This document shows positions 39,227 through 50,009 of a DNA stretch of 64,000 nucleotides, one piece after another. The position numbers and the translations under genes are program-made. The DNA comes from Verrucomicrobiota bacterium (GTDB taxonomy: Bacteria > Verrucomicrobiota > Verrucomicrobiia > Opitutales > Coraliomargaritaceae). The notes under the pieces are model-generated. The model had not been told where the DNA came from, ran no database searches, and saw only the letters and a list, made by a program, of their open reading frames with translations. Every line of letters starts with the position of its first letter. The stretch's first letter is position 1. The stretch is from the NCBI GenBank assembly GCA_039815375.1, contig JBCBZJ010000001.1, forward strand, positions 224,001 through 288,000, in the 5' to 3' direction.

Positions 39227-40414
39227 ATGCCCGTTGCTATCAGTCACAGTGTCGTTCAATTCTTTAGCCTTCCGTTAAACGAGTCGCAGGTGGAGATTTG
39301 GGCTTCGGAGCAGAAATCCAGATTGGCTGGGCCTCCGACATTTGGACTCCTTTTTTGCTCTCCGGATTCTGTTGATGAAGCGAAGGAGGTGATGGAAATC
39401 GTGCGAATCTATGGGCACGTTCCGGTTATCATCGGATGCTCTGCCAGCGGCTTGATTGCCGAGTCACGCGAGATTGAGAATGAGGGTGGCTTTTGCATCG
39501 CTCTTTATCATTTCCCGGAGACGTGTGCCCATGTGCTGCATCTGCCCGAGTCACGCTTTGTAGAGTGCGATGAAGGTGGCCTCGGTGAAGCAACCAGGAC
39601 CCTGGCCGATCGGGTCAATGCATGGATGCTCTTTGCATCTTCTGAGAGTCTTGTGAATGACGGTTGGCTCTCGCATTGGGATATTGCTACGGGTGGTAAG
39701 CCTACAGTAGGCGGTTTTGCAGGAGGATCGGCAGAGGCATCGAGCGCGCTCTTCATGAATGGCCGGGTGGAGACGGAAGGCGCAGTTGCCCTTGCCCTGG
39801 AAGGTGAAGTCACGATTGATCCGGTGCTCTCTCAGGGTTGCCGTCCGGTGGGCTCGCCCTGGACGATTACTCAGGCAGAGCACAATGTCATCCATCAGGT
39901 CGGAAATCGACCGATTCTCGAAGTCTTGCGGGATACGCTCGAGGGAATGAGCCAACATGAGCAGCAACAGGCCCGCGGCAATATCTTCATCGGGCTGGTG
40001 ATGGATGAGTATAAGTCGAGTTTTGGCACTGGTGATTTTCTTGTGCGAAATCTCGCTGCGATCGATCCGAATACCGGATCGGTTGCGATCGCGACCCCTA
40101 CTCGCACGGGACAAAACCTTCAGTTTCAGATCCGAGATGCGAACGCCGCATCAATCGATTTCGAAGAGCTACTAAAGCAACGCCTCGAAGCACTTTCTGA
40201 TTCAGTGATCTATGGTGCCTGCCTTTGTGATTGTATTGGACGAGGTGCGTCCCTCTTCGGCATTCCGGATCATGACGCCAGTGTAGTGCAGGATCTTTTG
40301 CCAGGGCTGCCTCTTGGCGGTCTCTTCTGTAATGGAGAATTTGCACCGGTAAAAGGGCGCACCTTGTTGCACGGTTACGCAGCTAGTCTAGGGCTTTTTG
40401 TCGCTAAGGCGTAA
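39227..40414 (+). CDS. FIST N/C domain protein
   Basis: IIGCSASG, GGFAGG, SQGCRPVG, GDFLVRN, QFQIRD, CIGRG, GLFCNGEFAP, LHGY. Confidence 0.88.
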   Translation: MPVAISHSVVQFFSLPLNESQVEIWASEQKSRLAGPPTFGLLFCSPDSVDEAKEVMEIVRIYGHVPVIIGCSASGLIAESREIENEGGFCIALYHFPETCAHVLHLPESRFVECDEGGLGEATRTLADRVNAWMLFASSESLVNDGWLSHWDIATGGKPTVGGFAGGSAEASSALFMNGRVETEGAVALALEGEVTIDPVLSQGCRPVGSPWTITQAEHNVIHQVGNRPILEVLRDTLEGMSQHEQQQARGNIFIGLVMDEYKSSFGTGDFLVRNLAAIDPNTGSVAIATPTRTGQNLQFQIRDANAASIDFEELLKQRLEALSDSVIYGACLCDCIGRGASLFGIPDHDASVVQDLLPGLPLGGLFCNGEFAPVKGRTLLHGYAASLGLFVAKA

Positions 40415-40711
40415 ACCTGTGCTCCATCCGGGAAGGGTGGTTAGTCACCCTGCTCAGGGCTATTAGTTATTTTGATTAGTATGCCTTAACTTAAAATATT
40501 ATTTGATTAGTTTATCTTCTTTTAAGAAGCTTTAAGCATATTTTGGTTAGTATAGAGGGTAGTAGTAAGGCTCGAACGTTTGGTAGGCGTTCGGGCCTTT
40601 TACTTTGGAAAATCAACCTATTCATTCTTGCTTGGCTTCGTTGGGGCTTCTTTTGTAATCGAAATTTTAGCCTACGCGGCCTCAGTGCACGTCGTATCTC
40701 TCCATTCATCA

Positions 40712-43700
40712 ATGCCTAGCAAAGCGGATTCAGCTCCCACGATTCTTGACTCAAGTGCTCGTCTGGCATTGTTGCGAGTGCTTTGGCGCAGTCGTCTGGG
40801 CGATCTACGAGAACAAAACCTGATTCGTCAGGGCAAAGGCTGGTTTCATATTTCCGGAATGGGGCATGAGGCACTGGCAGCGGTTGCGCTCAGCCTTGAG
40901 GCCGACGACTACGCTTTTCCCTACTATCGGGATCGTGGTTTCTGCGTGCAGCGCGGCATTTCCGATTACGATTTGGCGCTGGCTTTTTATGCGAAGCGTG
41001 ATTCAGCAAGCGGTGGTCGTCAGCTGACAGGCCACTTTAGTGATCGGTCGCTGAATGTATGGAGTCACCCGTCTCCGGTTGGGGCTCACCTCTTGCCGGC
41101 CTGCGGTGCAGCTTGGGGCATGCAGCTCGACGGCAAATCCAATGTTGTCTATGCCTCGCTCGGTGAAGCTTCTGCACGACAGGGTGATTTTTTCGAGTCA
41201 GTTTGTTTCGCAAAGGAGCGAAATTTGCCGATCGTTTTCGTCGTCGAGGACAATCGTATCGCGATCAGCACACGCACGGATCAGACCAATCCACTTGTTC
41301 TCGGCGTGCTGGATGCGGGGGATTGGCAGCGTGTTGATGGTAGTGATGTGGAGGCGGTTGCCGTTGCCAGCCGTGAAGCGATTGCCAAGGCCCGGAGTGG
41401 GGCAGGCCCTTCGTTTATCTGGTGTGATGTGGAGCGGTTTTCGAATCATTCCAGTGCGGACGACCAGCGCATGTATCGTGATGCTGAGGAACTTGAAACC
41501 ATGCATGACCGCGACCCGATTGCCGTTTTCCAAAAGCGAATGATCGAGGACGGCCTGCTGACGATGGACGACGCAGCTGCACTAGAAGAGGAGATTCGTG
41601 AGGAAATACGCGCAGTTTATCAAGAGGCTTCCCAGGCCGAGGATCCGCGTGCTGCTGAAATTGAAGTTCATCTGACGGGCCCGCAGCAGAAACTGGCCGA
41701 GCCTCTTCAGATCGAGCTCGGTGAATCCTGCCGTATGCTCGATGCGGTCAACAAGACTTTCCACCACGCGATGGATGAGATGTCTGACGTGGTATTCTTT
41801 GGCGAAGACATTGCCGACCCAAAAGGGGGCGTTTTCAACCTCACAAAGGGGTTGTCGACAAAAGACCCATTCCGCGCAGTGAACGCTCCTTTGGCAGAGT
41901 CAACGATCATGGGTGTATCAGTTGGACTTGCCTCCTACGGGAAGCGGCCCTGTTTTGAAATTCAGTTTGTCGATTTCATCTACCCTGGCTGGAACCAGCT
42001 CGTCTCGAATATGGCGACGCTACGCTGGCGCAGTTTTGGTAATTGGAAGTGTCCACTTGTGATTTATGCCCCGTGTGGTGGCTATTTACCAGGTGGTGCT
42101 CTCTGGCACAGCCAATCCGGCGAGGCCTCGTTTGCACGCATTCCCGGTATCCGAGTAGTGATGCCTTCCACCCCGACTGATGCGGCAGGACTATTCTGGA
42201 CCGCTATGCATGGCGAAGATCCGACGATCATTCTCTTACCAAAGCATCTCATGTGGGCTGAACTGCCGGCCTCCGATACGGTTGATCCGGTGCACTTTGG
42301 TAAGGCTCGCATGGTTCAGGAAGGCGAGTTGCTGACATTGGTCACATGGGGCAACTGTGTAGAGCTGGTAGAGGAGACACTAGCCACCATGCTTGAGGCC
42401 CTCGATGTGGATCTTATCGACCTACGTTCGATAGCACCTTGGGATAAAGAGGCGATCGCCGATTCCCTTAAAAAGACCGGACGTCTGCTTATCGTTCAAG
42501 AGGATAACATTTCGGCCAGTATAGGCCAAATGATTGTGGCAGAGATGTGTTCCAGACACGCGGTTCTCTCGGCACTCAAGAGTCCGCCTGTGATTGTTTC
42601 CAAGGCTGATGTTCACGTCGGGTTCAATCCGGTCTATGAATACGCCGCGCTGCCCGACAAGGAGCGAATTACTGCTGCGTTGGATCATTTGCTTGCAACG
42701 GCATTGGAATCTAACCTGCAACCCGAACAGGTGCTCCCTGCAATATCCGCTCAACCCGAACATCCCATTCCCATGAATCAGCCCAACTCTATTCCTGACG
42801 GAGCCACCAAGACAATAGCTGTGCCGATTCTCGGGGAGGGTATTCGTGTGGCACGTATCGTTTCCATCCTCAAGAAAGCGGGTGATGTCGTAAAGGCCGA
42901 CGATGCGCTTTGCGAAGTCGAGACCGACAAAGCTGTTTTCCCGATTGAATGTGATGCGAGTGGTGTGCTTGGTGAGTGGCAGGTCAGCGAGGACGATGAA
43001 GTCACCGTCGGGCAAGGTCTGGTCGACCTTACGCTATCCGGAGCTGCGGTTGCACAGGTTGCTGCGACACCCGTTGCATCGCAGGATTATGAAACACTCA
43101 AGCGCACCGGTGGGCTTTCCCAGGAAGCTGTGAAGCAACTTCAGGGTATTGTGCCGGCCACAATCGACGTGACCTGTCGTTGGGAGACGGTTCGCGATGC
43201 ACGTCTGCGTAGTAAAGAAACGCCTGGCGGCACTTTATCGACTGCAACTATGACGGCATGGGCAGTTCTTGAGGCGATGCGGAAGCATGAACGTTTCGCC
43301 TCCGTTGTGCGTGGAGACGAGCTTGTTTACGATCCGGATCGCTTCGATCTTGGTGTTGCAGTGGCACTCCCCGGCGACCAGCTGGAAACCGCAGTAGTCA
43401 AAAACATAAGTAACCTGGACTGGGAGTCTTTTATCCCCGAGTTCAGCGATGCCCTTCGCCGGACCCGTCACGGTGAAATAGAGTCCAAGAACCGTGTTCC
43501 TTTATCTATTTCCAGTATGGGTGCCTATAATGTGCGATCAGCGATACCCATTGTTGTGCCGCCTGCCATCGCGACACTTTTCATCGGAGCACCCTATCAA
43601 CTTCCCGATCCGAAATCGAAAGACGGTGCGACGATGGAAGTCGCTTCACTGGTTCTCACTTTTGATCACCGATGGATTAATGGCGTCGGTGCAGCAGCCT

Positions 43701-43747
43701 TCCTCTCCGATGTTCGGAAGGGAATTGAGCGCTTTGACCTGGTCTAG
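40712..43747 (+). CDS. Single-chain 2-oxoacid dehydrogenase fusion: E1alpha-E1beta-lipoyl-E2 catalytic
   Basis: GMGHEA, PYYRDR, GEAS...VEDN (TPP), HSSADD; FGEDI, PLAE, EIQFVDF, HSQS; EVETDKA (lipoyl Lys); [10 protein letters not shown]; start ATG 40712. Confidence 0.9.
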   Translation: MPSKADSAPTILDSSARLALLRVLWRSRLGDLREQNLIRQGKGWFHISGMGHEALAAVALSLEADDYAFPYYRDRGFCVQRGISDYDLALAFYAKRDSASGGRQLTGHFSDRSLNVWSHPSPVGAHLLPACGAAWGMQLDGKSNVVYASLGEASARQGDFFESVCFAKERNLPIVFVVEDNRIAISTRTDQTNPLVLGVLDAGDWQRVDGSDVEAVAVASREAIAKARSGAGPSFIWCDVERFSNHSSADDQRMYRDAEELETMHDRDPIAVFQKRMIEDGLLTMDDAAALEEEIREEIRAVYQEASQAEDPRAAEIEVHLTGPQQKLAEPLQIELGESCRMLDAVNKTFHHAMDEMSDVVFFGEDIADPKGGVFNLTKGLSTKDPFRAVNAPLAESTIMGVSVGLASYGKRPCFEIQFVDFIYPGWNQLVSNMATLRWRSFGNWKCPLVIYAPCGGYLPGGALWHSQSGEASFARIPGIRVVMPSTPTDAAGLFWTAMHGEDPTIILLPKHLMWAELPASDTVDPVHFGKARMVQEGELLTLVTWGNCVELVEETLATMLEALDVDLIDLRSIAPWDKEAIADSLKKTGRLLIVQEDNISASIGQMIVAEMCSRHAVLSALKSPPVIVSKADVHVGFNPVYEYAALPDKERITAALDHLLATALESNLQPEQVLPAISAQPEHPIPMNQPNSIPDGATKTIAVPILGEGIRVARIVSILKKAGDVVKADDALCEVETDKAVFPIECDASGVLGEWQVSEDDEVTVGQGLVDLTLSGAAVAQVAATPVASQDYETLKRTGGLSQEAVKQLQGIVPATIDVTCRWETVRDARLRSKETPGGTLSTATMTAWAVLEAMRKHERFASVVRGDELVYDPDRFDLGVAVALPGDQLETAVVKNISNLDWESFIPEFSDALRRTRHGEIESKNRVPLSISSMGAYNVRSAIPIVVPPAIATLFIGAPYQLPDPKSKDGATMEVASLVLTFDHRWINGVGAAAFLSDVRKGIERFDLV

Positions 43748-44199
43748 GTCCCGAATCGATCGATATTCGTTGTCTTGGCAAAGGTGCGAATGAATGTGGC
43801 CACGATTTTAGAGAGCCCTGCAAATTGCTCCTCACTGAAATTCTGATTTTCAACCATGTCAGTGAAGCCTGGTAGATTATCGTGAAAGTCTTTTGGTTGA
43901 GCACGCTTGAATCCCATTTTGTAGTTGGGAAAATCTCGCCGTTCTATAGCCCTGCTTGACAGTAAGGTGACGCCTCGGTGCCGCGAGTCCGCTTCGATCT
44001 TGTTGTATAGTTCGACTACAGTTTCCTTGGGTCCTTCTATCACTTGAATGATATTGCCATCTGAGTGAAGTAATAGCCCTGTTATGTTCTTTACTGCATT
44101 TCTATATTGTGTGCGGGCAAGAAGCTCGAGCAGTGCTTCTTCCGTCAGCACCGCGTTTGCTGTGCTGACATACATGATTTGATGCAATCCAATCTCCAT
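43744..44199 (-). CDS. Stand-alone BLUF blue-light sensor
   Basis: [36 protein letters not shown]. Confidence 0.9.
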   Translation of the reverse strand: MEIGLHQIMYVSTANAVLTEEALLELLARTQYRNAVKNITGLLLHSDGNIIQVIEGPKETVVELYNKIEADSRHRGVTLLSSRAIERRDFPNYKMGFKRAQPKDFHDNLPGFTDMVENQNFSEEQFAGLSKIVATFIRTFAKTTNIDRFGT

Positions 44200-44327
44200 G
44201 CGACATTCTGTTCCAGTCTTTTGCGCAAAATCGCTACTATCAATCCAAGATGAGCCAAAAGATGTAAATTTTTCGAAAAACTAGTCTGCATTTCCGAGTG
44301 GGCGTTGTATTATTTTTTGATTTTCCA

Positions 44328-45173
44328 ATGAGAAAGACTTGTCGGCATTGTTATACCCGATTCTCCGCGTCCAAAGGACATGGAGAATTCTGCTGCGCAG
44401 GCTGTGAGCACGTCTATTCCCTTATTCAAAAAGGTGGTTTGGGCGACTATTACAAAATGCAGGACCGAGTAGGGCGGCCGATTTTTGATAGTCCATTTCA
44501 GGCAGAGAATATTGTATTGGTAAAACAACTACAAGATCAGGTTGAGTCAGAGGGTGGGTATTCTAAAGTTTCATTTGGTGTGCAAGGGCTTTCCTGTATG
44601 GGTTGTGTTTGGTTGATTGAGCAGTTAGCAAAGCACCATCGTGGTGTGCGCTCAGTCAAGGTAGCGTTGAGTTCGCACCGAATCAGCTTGGCTTGGAATG
44701 CCGGAGAATTTGACTTGGCGGACTTCGCTGCTGAACTGCAGAATTTTGGCTACCGCCTCTCGCCACATCAGTCGGTAGGTCCCAATCTATCTCCTTTGAG
44801 TATTCGTTTGCTGCTGAGCCTCATTTTTTGCGCCAATGGATTGTTCCTGACCCTCATTAGTGCGCTCGGCCTTTCGGGTGAGGACTTGAGCCAGCTTTTC
44901 AGCCTGCTTATTATGGCGTGCTTCTTCTTTGGGCTGATGATTGGTGCACCTCTGTACTTTGTGCCGGCTTGGCGTGGGCTTCGGTTGCGGCGTTTTCACT
45001 CTGATTTGCTGCCATCTCTTTCGTTGCTAGGGCTCTCGCTTTGGTTTGTTGCCACACTACTGCGCCTCGGTGATTGGTGGCTCAGCGCATCCCTCTTCTT
45101 TTTAGCTCTGCCAGTTTTCGTTTTTGCGCGCTGGCTTTCCGAAATTTGGATACTACGGTTAGGTAGAAACTGA
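44328..45173 (+). CDS. CcoI/FixI-like N-terminal metal-binding + HMA domain protein, without the ATPase core
   Basis: CRHC, FCCAGCEHVY..GLGDYY, GLSCMGCVWLIE, then TM helices; no DKTGT. Confidence 0.75.
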   Translation: MRKTCRHCYTRFSASKGHGEFCCAGCEHVYSLIQKGGLGDYYKMQDRVGRPIFDSPFQAENIVLVKQLQDQVESEGGYSKVSFGVQGLSCMGCVWLIEQLAKHHRGVRSVKVALSSHRISLAWNAGEFDLADFAAELQNFGYRLSPHQSVGPNLSPLSIRLLLSLIFCANGLFLTLISALGLSGEDLSQLFSLLIMACFFFGLMIGAPLYFVPAWRGLRLRRFHSDLLPSLSLLGLSLWFVATLLRLGDWWLSASLFFLALPVFVFARWLSEIWILRLGRN

Positions 45174-45177
45174 ACTT

Positions 45178-45831
45178 GTGCCCAAGATATCGGGCAGGTT
45201 TAGTTTTTGGAGAATGTTGGAAGGAATTACAGCTGGTTTTATTCTGTCGCTAACCTTGTTCCCGGGGACGGTCTGGCTGGTGAAGCTGGCTGTGGTTGGT
45301 CGACCGATTCAAGTCATAGCTGCAGGTCTCGGGTTTTGGCTTGCACAGCTGATTTGGCTTATCGTTGCCATACCCGGGTTGATGATGATGAGCCGCCACC
45401 TCGCTTTCATCGATGCAGCTATGCATGTCTTTGCCTCATTCGTGATGGCTTATATGGGGATCAAATTTATCCGCACGCGCCGCGCTACGAAGCTTGATGA
45501 AGTCGCAGACTTGCCTTCCGCCTATCACCTTTTCCGTAATGCGCTTAACCGTTCGCTGGCCATGCCGATGCGTTTGCCTGCTGCGATGGCCATCCTTCTT
45601 TCGACAGGAGTTTACCTGAACCACGATCCAAGCTGGCGAGTCGTGCCTTACATACTTCTTGGGGCTCTGATTGGAGTCAGCTGGTGGTGGGGCCAGTTTA
45701 CCTTTCTTTCGGTCCTTTTTGCGAAGCGCGTGCCCCAGCATATTACCTTGAAATCGCTTAACAAAATTCGACCATTTTGCGCGGTCCTGTGCCTGGCCCT
45801 TTCCGTGATGGTCCTATTTTTGGGTCTCTGA
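45178..45831 (+). CDS. LysE-like membrane transporter
   Basis: GFILSLTLFPG start, several TM helices, GALIGVSWWW. Confidence 0.55.
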   Translation: MPKISGRFSFWRMLEGITAGFILSLTLFPGTVWLVKLAVVGRPIQVIAAGLGFWLAQLIWLIVAIPGLMMMSRHLAFIDAAMHVFASFVMAYMGIKFIRTRRATKLDEVADLPSAYHLFRNALNRSLAMPMRLPAAMAILLSTGVYLNHDPSWRVVPYILLGALIGVSWWWGQFTFLSVLFAKRVPQHITLKSLNKIRPFCAVLCLALSVMVLFLGL

Positions 45832-46644
45832 GGTAATCAAGTGAACATCGCGTTGTGGGAACGGGATGGTTATTTTGGCCTGCTTGAGTGCGTGATAGAC
45901 GGCTAGGTTGAGTGCGTAGCGGTTGCGGTGGTAGGTGCTGGTTGGGACCCAAACACGATAGCCAATGTTAATCGACGAGTCGGCAAAAGCATCAATGCCG
46001 ATATCCGGAACACGCTGGGTGGCGATTCCTTCGACGGCTTGCACGGCTTCGCGAATACAACGTATTGCTTCTTCCGGGTCGGCACCGTAATCAATTCCGA
46101 CAACCCCCTCGACGACTCTACATGCGTGAGAGTTGGTAAGAATCTCTCCAAGCACGTTTCGATTCGGAATCGTAATACGCTCTTCATCTTCGCTAATCAA
46201 CTCAGTGTTTCCTAGGTTGATGCTATCGACCAAGCCGCTCTCCCCACTTACGCTCAACGTATCGCCTACCTTGAAGGGTCGGGTGATGATCAGAACGATC
46301 CCGGATCCGAAGTTCGATATGGGGCCTTGAACGGCCAAACTTATACCGAATGCACTGGCACCCAATAGCGCAATGAACGGAGTAATCTCTACACTCATTT
46401 TGCTGAGCGCGATAATCGCGGCAAAGACGATGATGAGCAGCTTCGTTGCGCCTGCGAAGAATCGTGCCAGAGTGATGTCGATCTTCTGTTTGTCGCAGAT
46501 TTTCAGAATCAAACTGGAGATTCTGTTGCCTAGCCAGTAGCCGAGCAGGGCGACGAGTAGAGCAACGACGAGTTTCATTCCGTTCGTAGCCAGATAGACG
46601 ATCAGCTGTTCTTTCAGGTTATTCAGTTGTTCAAGTTCCTCCAT
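45814..46644 (-). CDS. mscS: Small-conductance mechanosensitive channel
   Basis: GISLAVQGPISNFGSG, RPFKVGD, IPN, VGIDY, IPFPQRDVH. Confidence 0.9.
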   Translation of the reverse strand: MEELEQLNNLKEQLIVYLATNGMKLVVALLVALLGYWLGNRISSLILKICDKQKIDITLARFFAGATKLLIIVFAAIIALSKMSVEITPFIALLGASAFGISLAVQGPISNFGSGIVLIITRPFKVGDTLSVSGESGLVDSINLGNTELISEDEERITIPNRNVLGEILTNSHACRVVEGVVGIDYGADPEEAIRCIREAVQAVEGIATQRVPDIGIDAFADSSINIGYRVWVPTSTYHRNRYALNLAVYHALKQAKITIPFPQRDVHLITSETQK

Positions 46645-46648
46645 AAAT

Positions 46649-47515
46649 TCAATCCTCCAATCCGGACCACCAGTCTTCGGACTGACGTAATGCTTCGGGT
46701 GAGTATTTGGCTTCTCTGAGTTCGCGCAAGCTTAGTGAACGGTGGCGCTTGGCAAGCCTCTGGCCCTCTGTATCGACCATTAATGGGGTGTGATAAAACG
46801 CGGGAGTGCTAAGTCCAAGAGCTTCGTAAAGGAGCAACTGGCGTGCCGTTGAAATGAGTAGGTCCTCGCCGCGCACCACTTCGGTAATGCCCATCTCCGC
46901 ATCATCAACCACTACCGCCAGCTCGTATGTGGGCACACCATCCTTTCGCCAGACGAGGAAGTCTCCAAAATCACGGAGACATTCAAATTCACAGGGCCCA
47001 AGGCGCCCATCATCAAAAATGACTTCTCGATCATTCGGCACTCGAAAGCGCCAGTTCGTTTTGCCCGGCTCGCTCGCATCCTGTCCAGTGCCTGGTTTTG
47101 GCCGCCATCTCTCCGGGTAGATTGATTCAGCTTCTTCGTCTTCCGCATGCGGTGCTTGCGTGGCCTGAGCCACATCCTTTCGGGACCTATCGCAGGGGTA
47201 GATGTAGCCTGCATCCTTTAGCTTTTCCCACGCATCCAAAAACAATGCTTGCCGCTCACTTTGCCGATAGGGCGCAGAGCCACCTCCGCTGTCAGGACCT
47301 TCTTCCCAGCTACAACCAAACCATTTCAGGTCTTCGATTGCAGCCTTCGCAAACTCCTCTTTGCAGCGCTGCGGGTCGAGATCTTCTTCACGGTAGATCA
47401 GAGTGCCACCAGCTTCCTTTGCTCGCTCCATGGCTATCCAGAAAGTGCGGGCATGACCGAGGTGAAGAAACCCTGTCGGTGTTGGTGCAATGCGCCCTCG
47501 ATAGCTGGAACTCAT
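46649..47515 (-). CDS. gluQ: Glutamyl-queuosine tRNA(Asp) synthetase
   Basis: RIAPTPTGFLHLGH, EDLD, YRQSER, VVRGEDL, RLAKRH; lacks anticodon-binding domain; start ATG 47515. Confidence 0.88.
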   Translation of the reverse strand: MSSSYRGRIAPTPTGFLHLGHARTFWIAMERAKEAGGTLIYREEDLDPQRCKEEFAKAAIEDLKWFGCSWEEGPDSGGGSAPYRQSERQALFLDAWEKLKDAGYIYPCDRSRKDVAQATQAPHAEDEEAESIYPERWRPKPGTGQDASEPGKTNWRFRVPNDREVIFDDGRLGPCEFECLRDFGDFLVWRKDGVPTYELAVVVDDAEMGITEVVRGEDLLISTARQLLLYEALGLSTPAFYHTPLMVDTEGQRLAKRHRSLSLRELREAKYSPEALRQSEDWWSGLED

Positions 47516-47872
47516 TAGGAGAAAAATAGCCCTTGTAGTTCGGGTATGGCAAGACCGCTCATTCATCTTTGATGGAAGAACTCTCATCGAGATCTATTTC
47601 TGAGTTATCTTAGACAGTCTTTTGAGGAATTGGTTAGCTGGGGAGCAGTCTTCAGGCAGGCTGTTATTCTTATGCAGCTTGTGTAGACGTTGTGCTCTAT
47701 CTGGGAGAGCGAGCACAATTGTACATCCTTGATGTCCATCTGCTTCCTTTCTCCTTGATTCCGAGTGGAATACGTGCACCTTCACGCCTTTCTCGCGAAG
47801 GGCTGACCGCAGCACTTCGCTTTTTGGACCCGGATGCGAAAGTTGGCCGGGCATTCACCCACCACACTTCGC

Positions 47873-49087
47873 ATGACATTTCCAGAGCTCGGACTCGACG
47901 AGTCCATCCTTCGATCTATTGACGAATTCGGTTTCAAAGAACCGACGCCTATTCAAGCCGGTGCGATACCGCACATTATTGCAGGAAAAGACGTGATCGG
48001 CTCGGCGCAGACCGGCACCGGTAAAACCGCCGCCTATTCTTTGCCGATACTCCATCGTCTGGGCGGGCACAAAAAGGGAGCGCCCCCTCGCTGCCTCGTG
48101 CTGGGGCCAACGCGAGAGCTGGCAGCTCAGGTAGAGGACCAGATCAAGTCCTACGGTAAATATTGTGAGCCGAAGTGCTGCCTGGTTCATGGCGGAGTCG
48201 GTTATGGCAAACAGATTCAGGAGCTCAAAGCCGGCGCAGACATCGTTATCGCGACGCCGGGGCGCCTGCTCGACCACATCCAGCAAAAGAACTTTGATCT
48301 ACGTTCGATCGAGGTGCTCGTTCTCGACGAAGTAGACCGCATGCTCGACATGGGCTTCATCGAAGATGTGAAGCGTATTATCAAACTCTGCAACCGGAAT
48401 CGCCAGACCCTCCTCTTTTCCGCTACAGTTTCAGAAGATATCAAGCGCCTCATTGCCTTTGCACTTAAAGACCCTGTCGAAGTTACCATTGGTGTAAAAC
48501 TCTCACCTGCTGAAACGGTAAAGCACGAGGTCTACCCTGTCGGAGCGATGCAGAAATTCGACCTGCTTGTTGCGCTCATTGAGAAGATGGAAATCGATAG
48601 CATGATCATCTTCTGCCGCATGAAAGTCGGTGCCGACCGAATCGACCGCTGGCTGAGCGAGCATGGCCATAGCTGCGCCGCCATGCACTCCAATTTGCCG
48701 CAGAAGGCCCGGACCAAAGCTCTCGAGAAATTCAAGAATGGTGACATTAAGATTCTCGTTGCGACTGACATTGCCTCCCGTGGACTCGACATCGCCAATG
48801 TAACCCACGTCATCAACTACGATGTTCCTGAGCATGCTGAAGACTACGTCCACCGGATCGGGCGGACCGGTCGTGCCCAGCGGGAGGGTGACGCCGCAAC
48901 CATCGTTGCCCCTGACGAGCATTCCAAGCTCGACGCCATTGAGAAGTTCATCGATCAGCAGATTCCGCAGCGTCGTCTTGAAGGATTCAACTACATCCAC
49001 GAGCCGCATATCCGCGCTTCGGAAGAAGCCAAGCCCAAGCGTCGACGTCGAAACTCATCGACCAGCAAATTCGGCCGCCGCCGTTAG
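47873..49087 (+). CDS. DEAD-box RNA helicase (RhlE-like)
   Basis: PTPIQ, AQTGTGKT, PTRELA, TPGRL, DEVD, SAT, ASRGLD, HRIGRTGRA; start ATG 47873. Confidence 0.95.
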   Translation: MTFPELGLDESILRSIDEFGFKEPTPIQAGAIPHIIAGKDVIGSAQTGTGKTAAYSLPILHRLGGHKKGAPPRCLVLGPTRELAAQVEDQIKSYGKYCEPKCCLVHGGVGYGKQIQELKAGADIVIATPGRLLDHIQQKNFDLRSIEVLVLDEVDRMLDMGFIEDVKRIIKLCNRNRQTLLFSATVSEDIKRLIAFALKDPVEVTIGVKLSPAETVKHEVYPVGAMQKFDLLVALIEKMEIDSMIIFCRMKVGADRIDRWLSEHGHSCAAMHSNLPQKARTKALEKFKNGDIKILVATDIASRGLDIANVTHVINYDVPEHAEDYVHRIGRTGRAQREGDAATIVAPDEHSKLDAIEKFIDQQIPQRRLEGFNYIHEPHIRASEEAKPKRRRRNSSTSKFGRRR

Positions 49088-49185
49088 ATCCAGTAGCGTG
49101 TTCGCTTGCCGGACACTTTTTTGGAGTAGCTTCACTGCAACTGCGCTCGACAAGCAAGCGCACTACGTTTTCATCTGATTAACAG

Positions 49186-49932
49186 ATGAATTTAATTCTG
49201 TTTAAGAAGCCCTTCGAGCAGGTTCGCCTTGAGCCCGGCGACCCGAAAGGCCTCCACATTCGAAAAGTCCTTCGGGCAAAGATCGGCACTAAGGTCTTTG
49301 TCGGATTCGTTAACTCCCTCCGTGCCAGAACTGAAGTCAATTTGTTGGACGATGATGGCAGTGTCGAACTGACAGTTGTCGACACCGAATCCGCCCCGAA
49401 TCCGCTGCCTATTCAACTTCTTATCGGCTTGCCCCGTCCGCATACGGCAAAGCGTATCCTCTTCGAAATGGCGAGTATGGGAGTTCAGGCGCTGCACTTT
49501 TTCGAGGCGGAACACAGCGAGCCCAGCTACGCACAGAGTAGCCTGTGGACGACTGATGAGTGGAAAGAGCGTCTATGGCTGGGAGCGGAGCAATCCTTCG
49601 GTACACATCTTCCCGAAGTCGCGATGCATGCTGATTTACAATCTGCACTGAGTCACCTCGGGACTTCTGGTGCACGAGTCGCTCTGGACAACTATGAAGC
49701 TAAAGGTCCGCTGAGCGATTTGATTCCCGCTGAAGAGGCATCTGCCATTCTGGCTCTCGGGCCTGAGCGCGGCTGGTCGCCGAACGAACGCGACGTTTTT
49801 CGCAAGAATGGTTGGTCGTTGGCCCACCTTGGTCCTTATGTTCTACGAGCTGAAACTGCCTGCACTGCGGCTGTAGCGGCTACTGCCTCGTGCATTGGTT
49901 CTTGGACTGAGCCAACAAGGACAGTGCTTTAG
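49186..49932 (+). CDS. rsmE: 16S rRNA m3U1498 methyltransferase
   Basis: HIRKVLR, GLPRP, AEQS, LGPERGWS, LGPYVLRAETA. Confidence 0.85.
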   Translation: MNLILFKKPFEQVRLEPGDPKGLHIRKVLRAKIGTKVFVGFVNSLRARTEVNLLDDDGSVELTVVDTESAPNPLPIQLLIGLPRPHTAKRILFEMASMGVQALHFFEAEHSEPSYAQSSLWTTDEWKERLWLGAEQSFGTHLPEVAMHADLQSALSHLGTSGARVALDNYEAKGPLSDLIPAEEASAILALGPERGWSPNERDVFRKNGWSLAHLGPYVLRAETACTAAVAATASCIGSWTEPTRTVL

Positions 49933-50009
49933 GCGAACAGGTAAGATAGGGCGTCGAACAAAACCTTATTTCGGTTACCTTTGTCGGCAGTATGGACCGA
50001 ATCGATTAT

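Noticed and set aside
47590..47872. Structured leader or riboswitch upstream of the DEAD helicase
   Set aside because: Some hairpin potential but no recognisable aptamer consensus; an Rfam/Infernal search would be needed.
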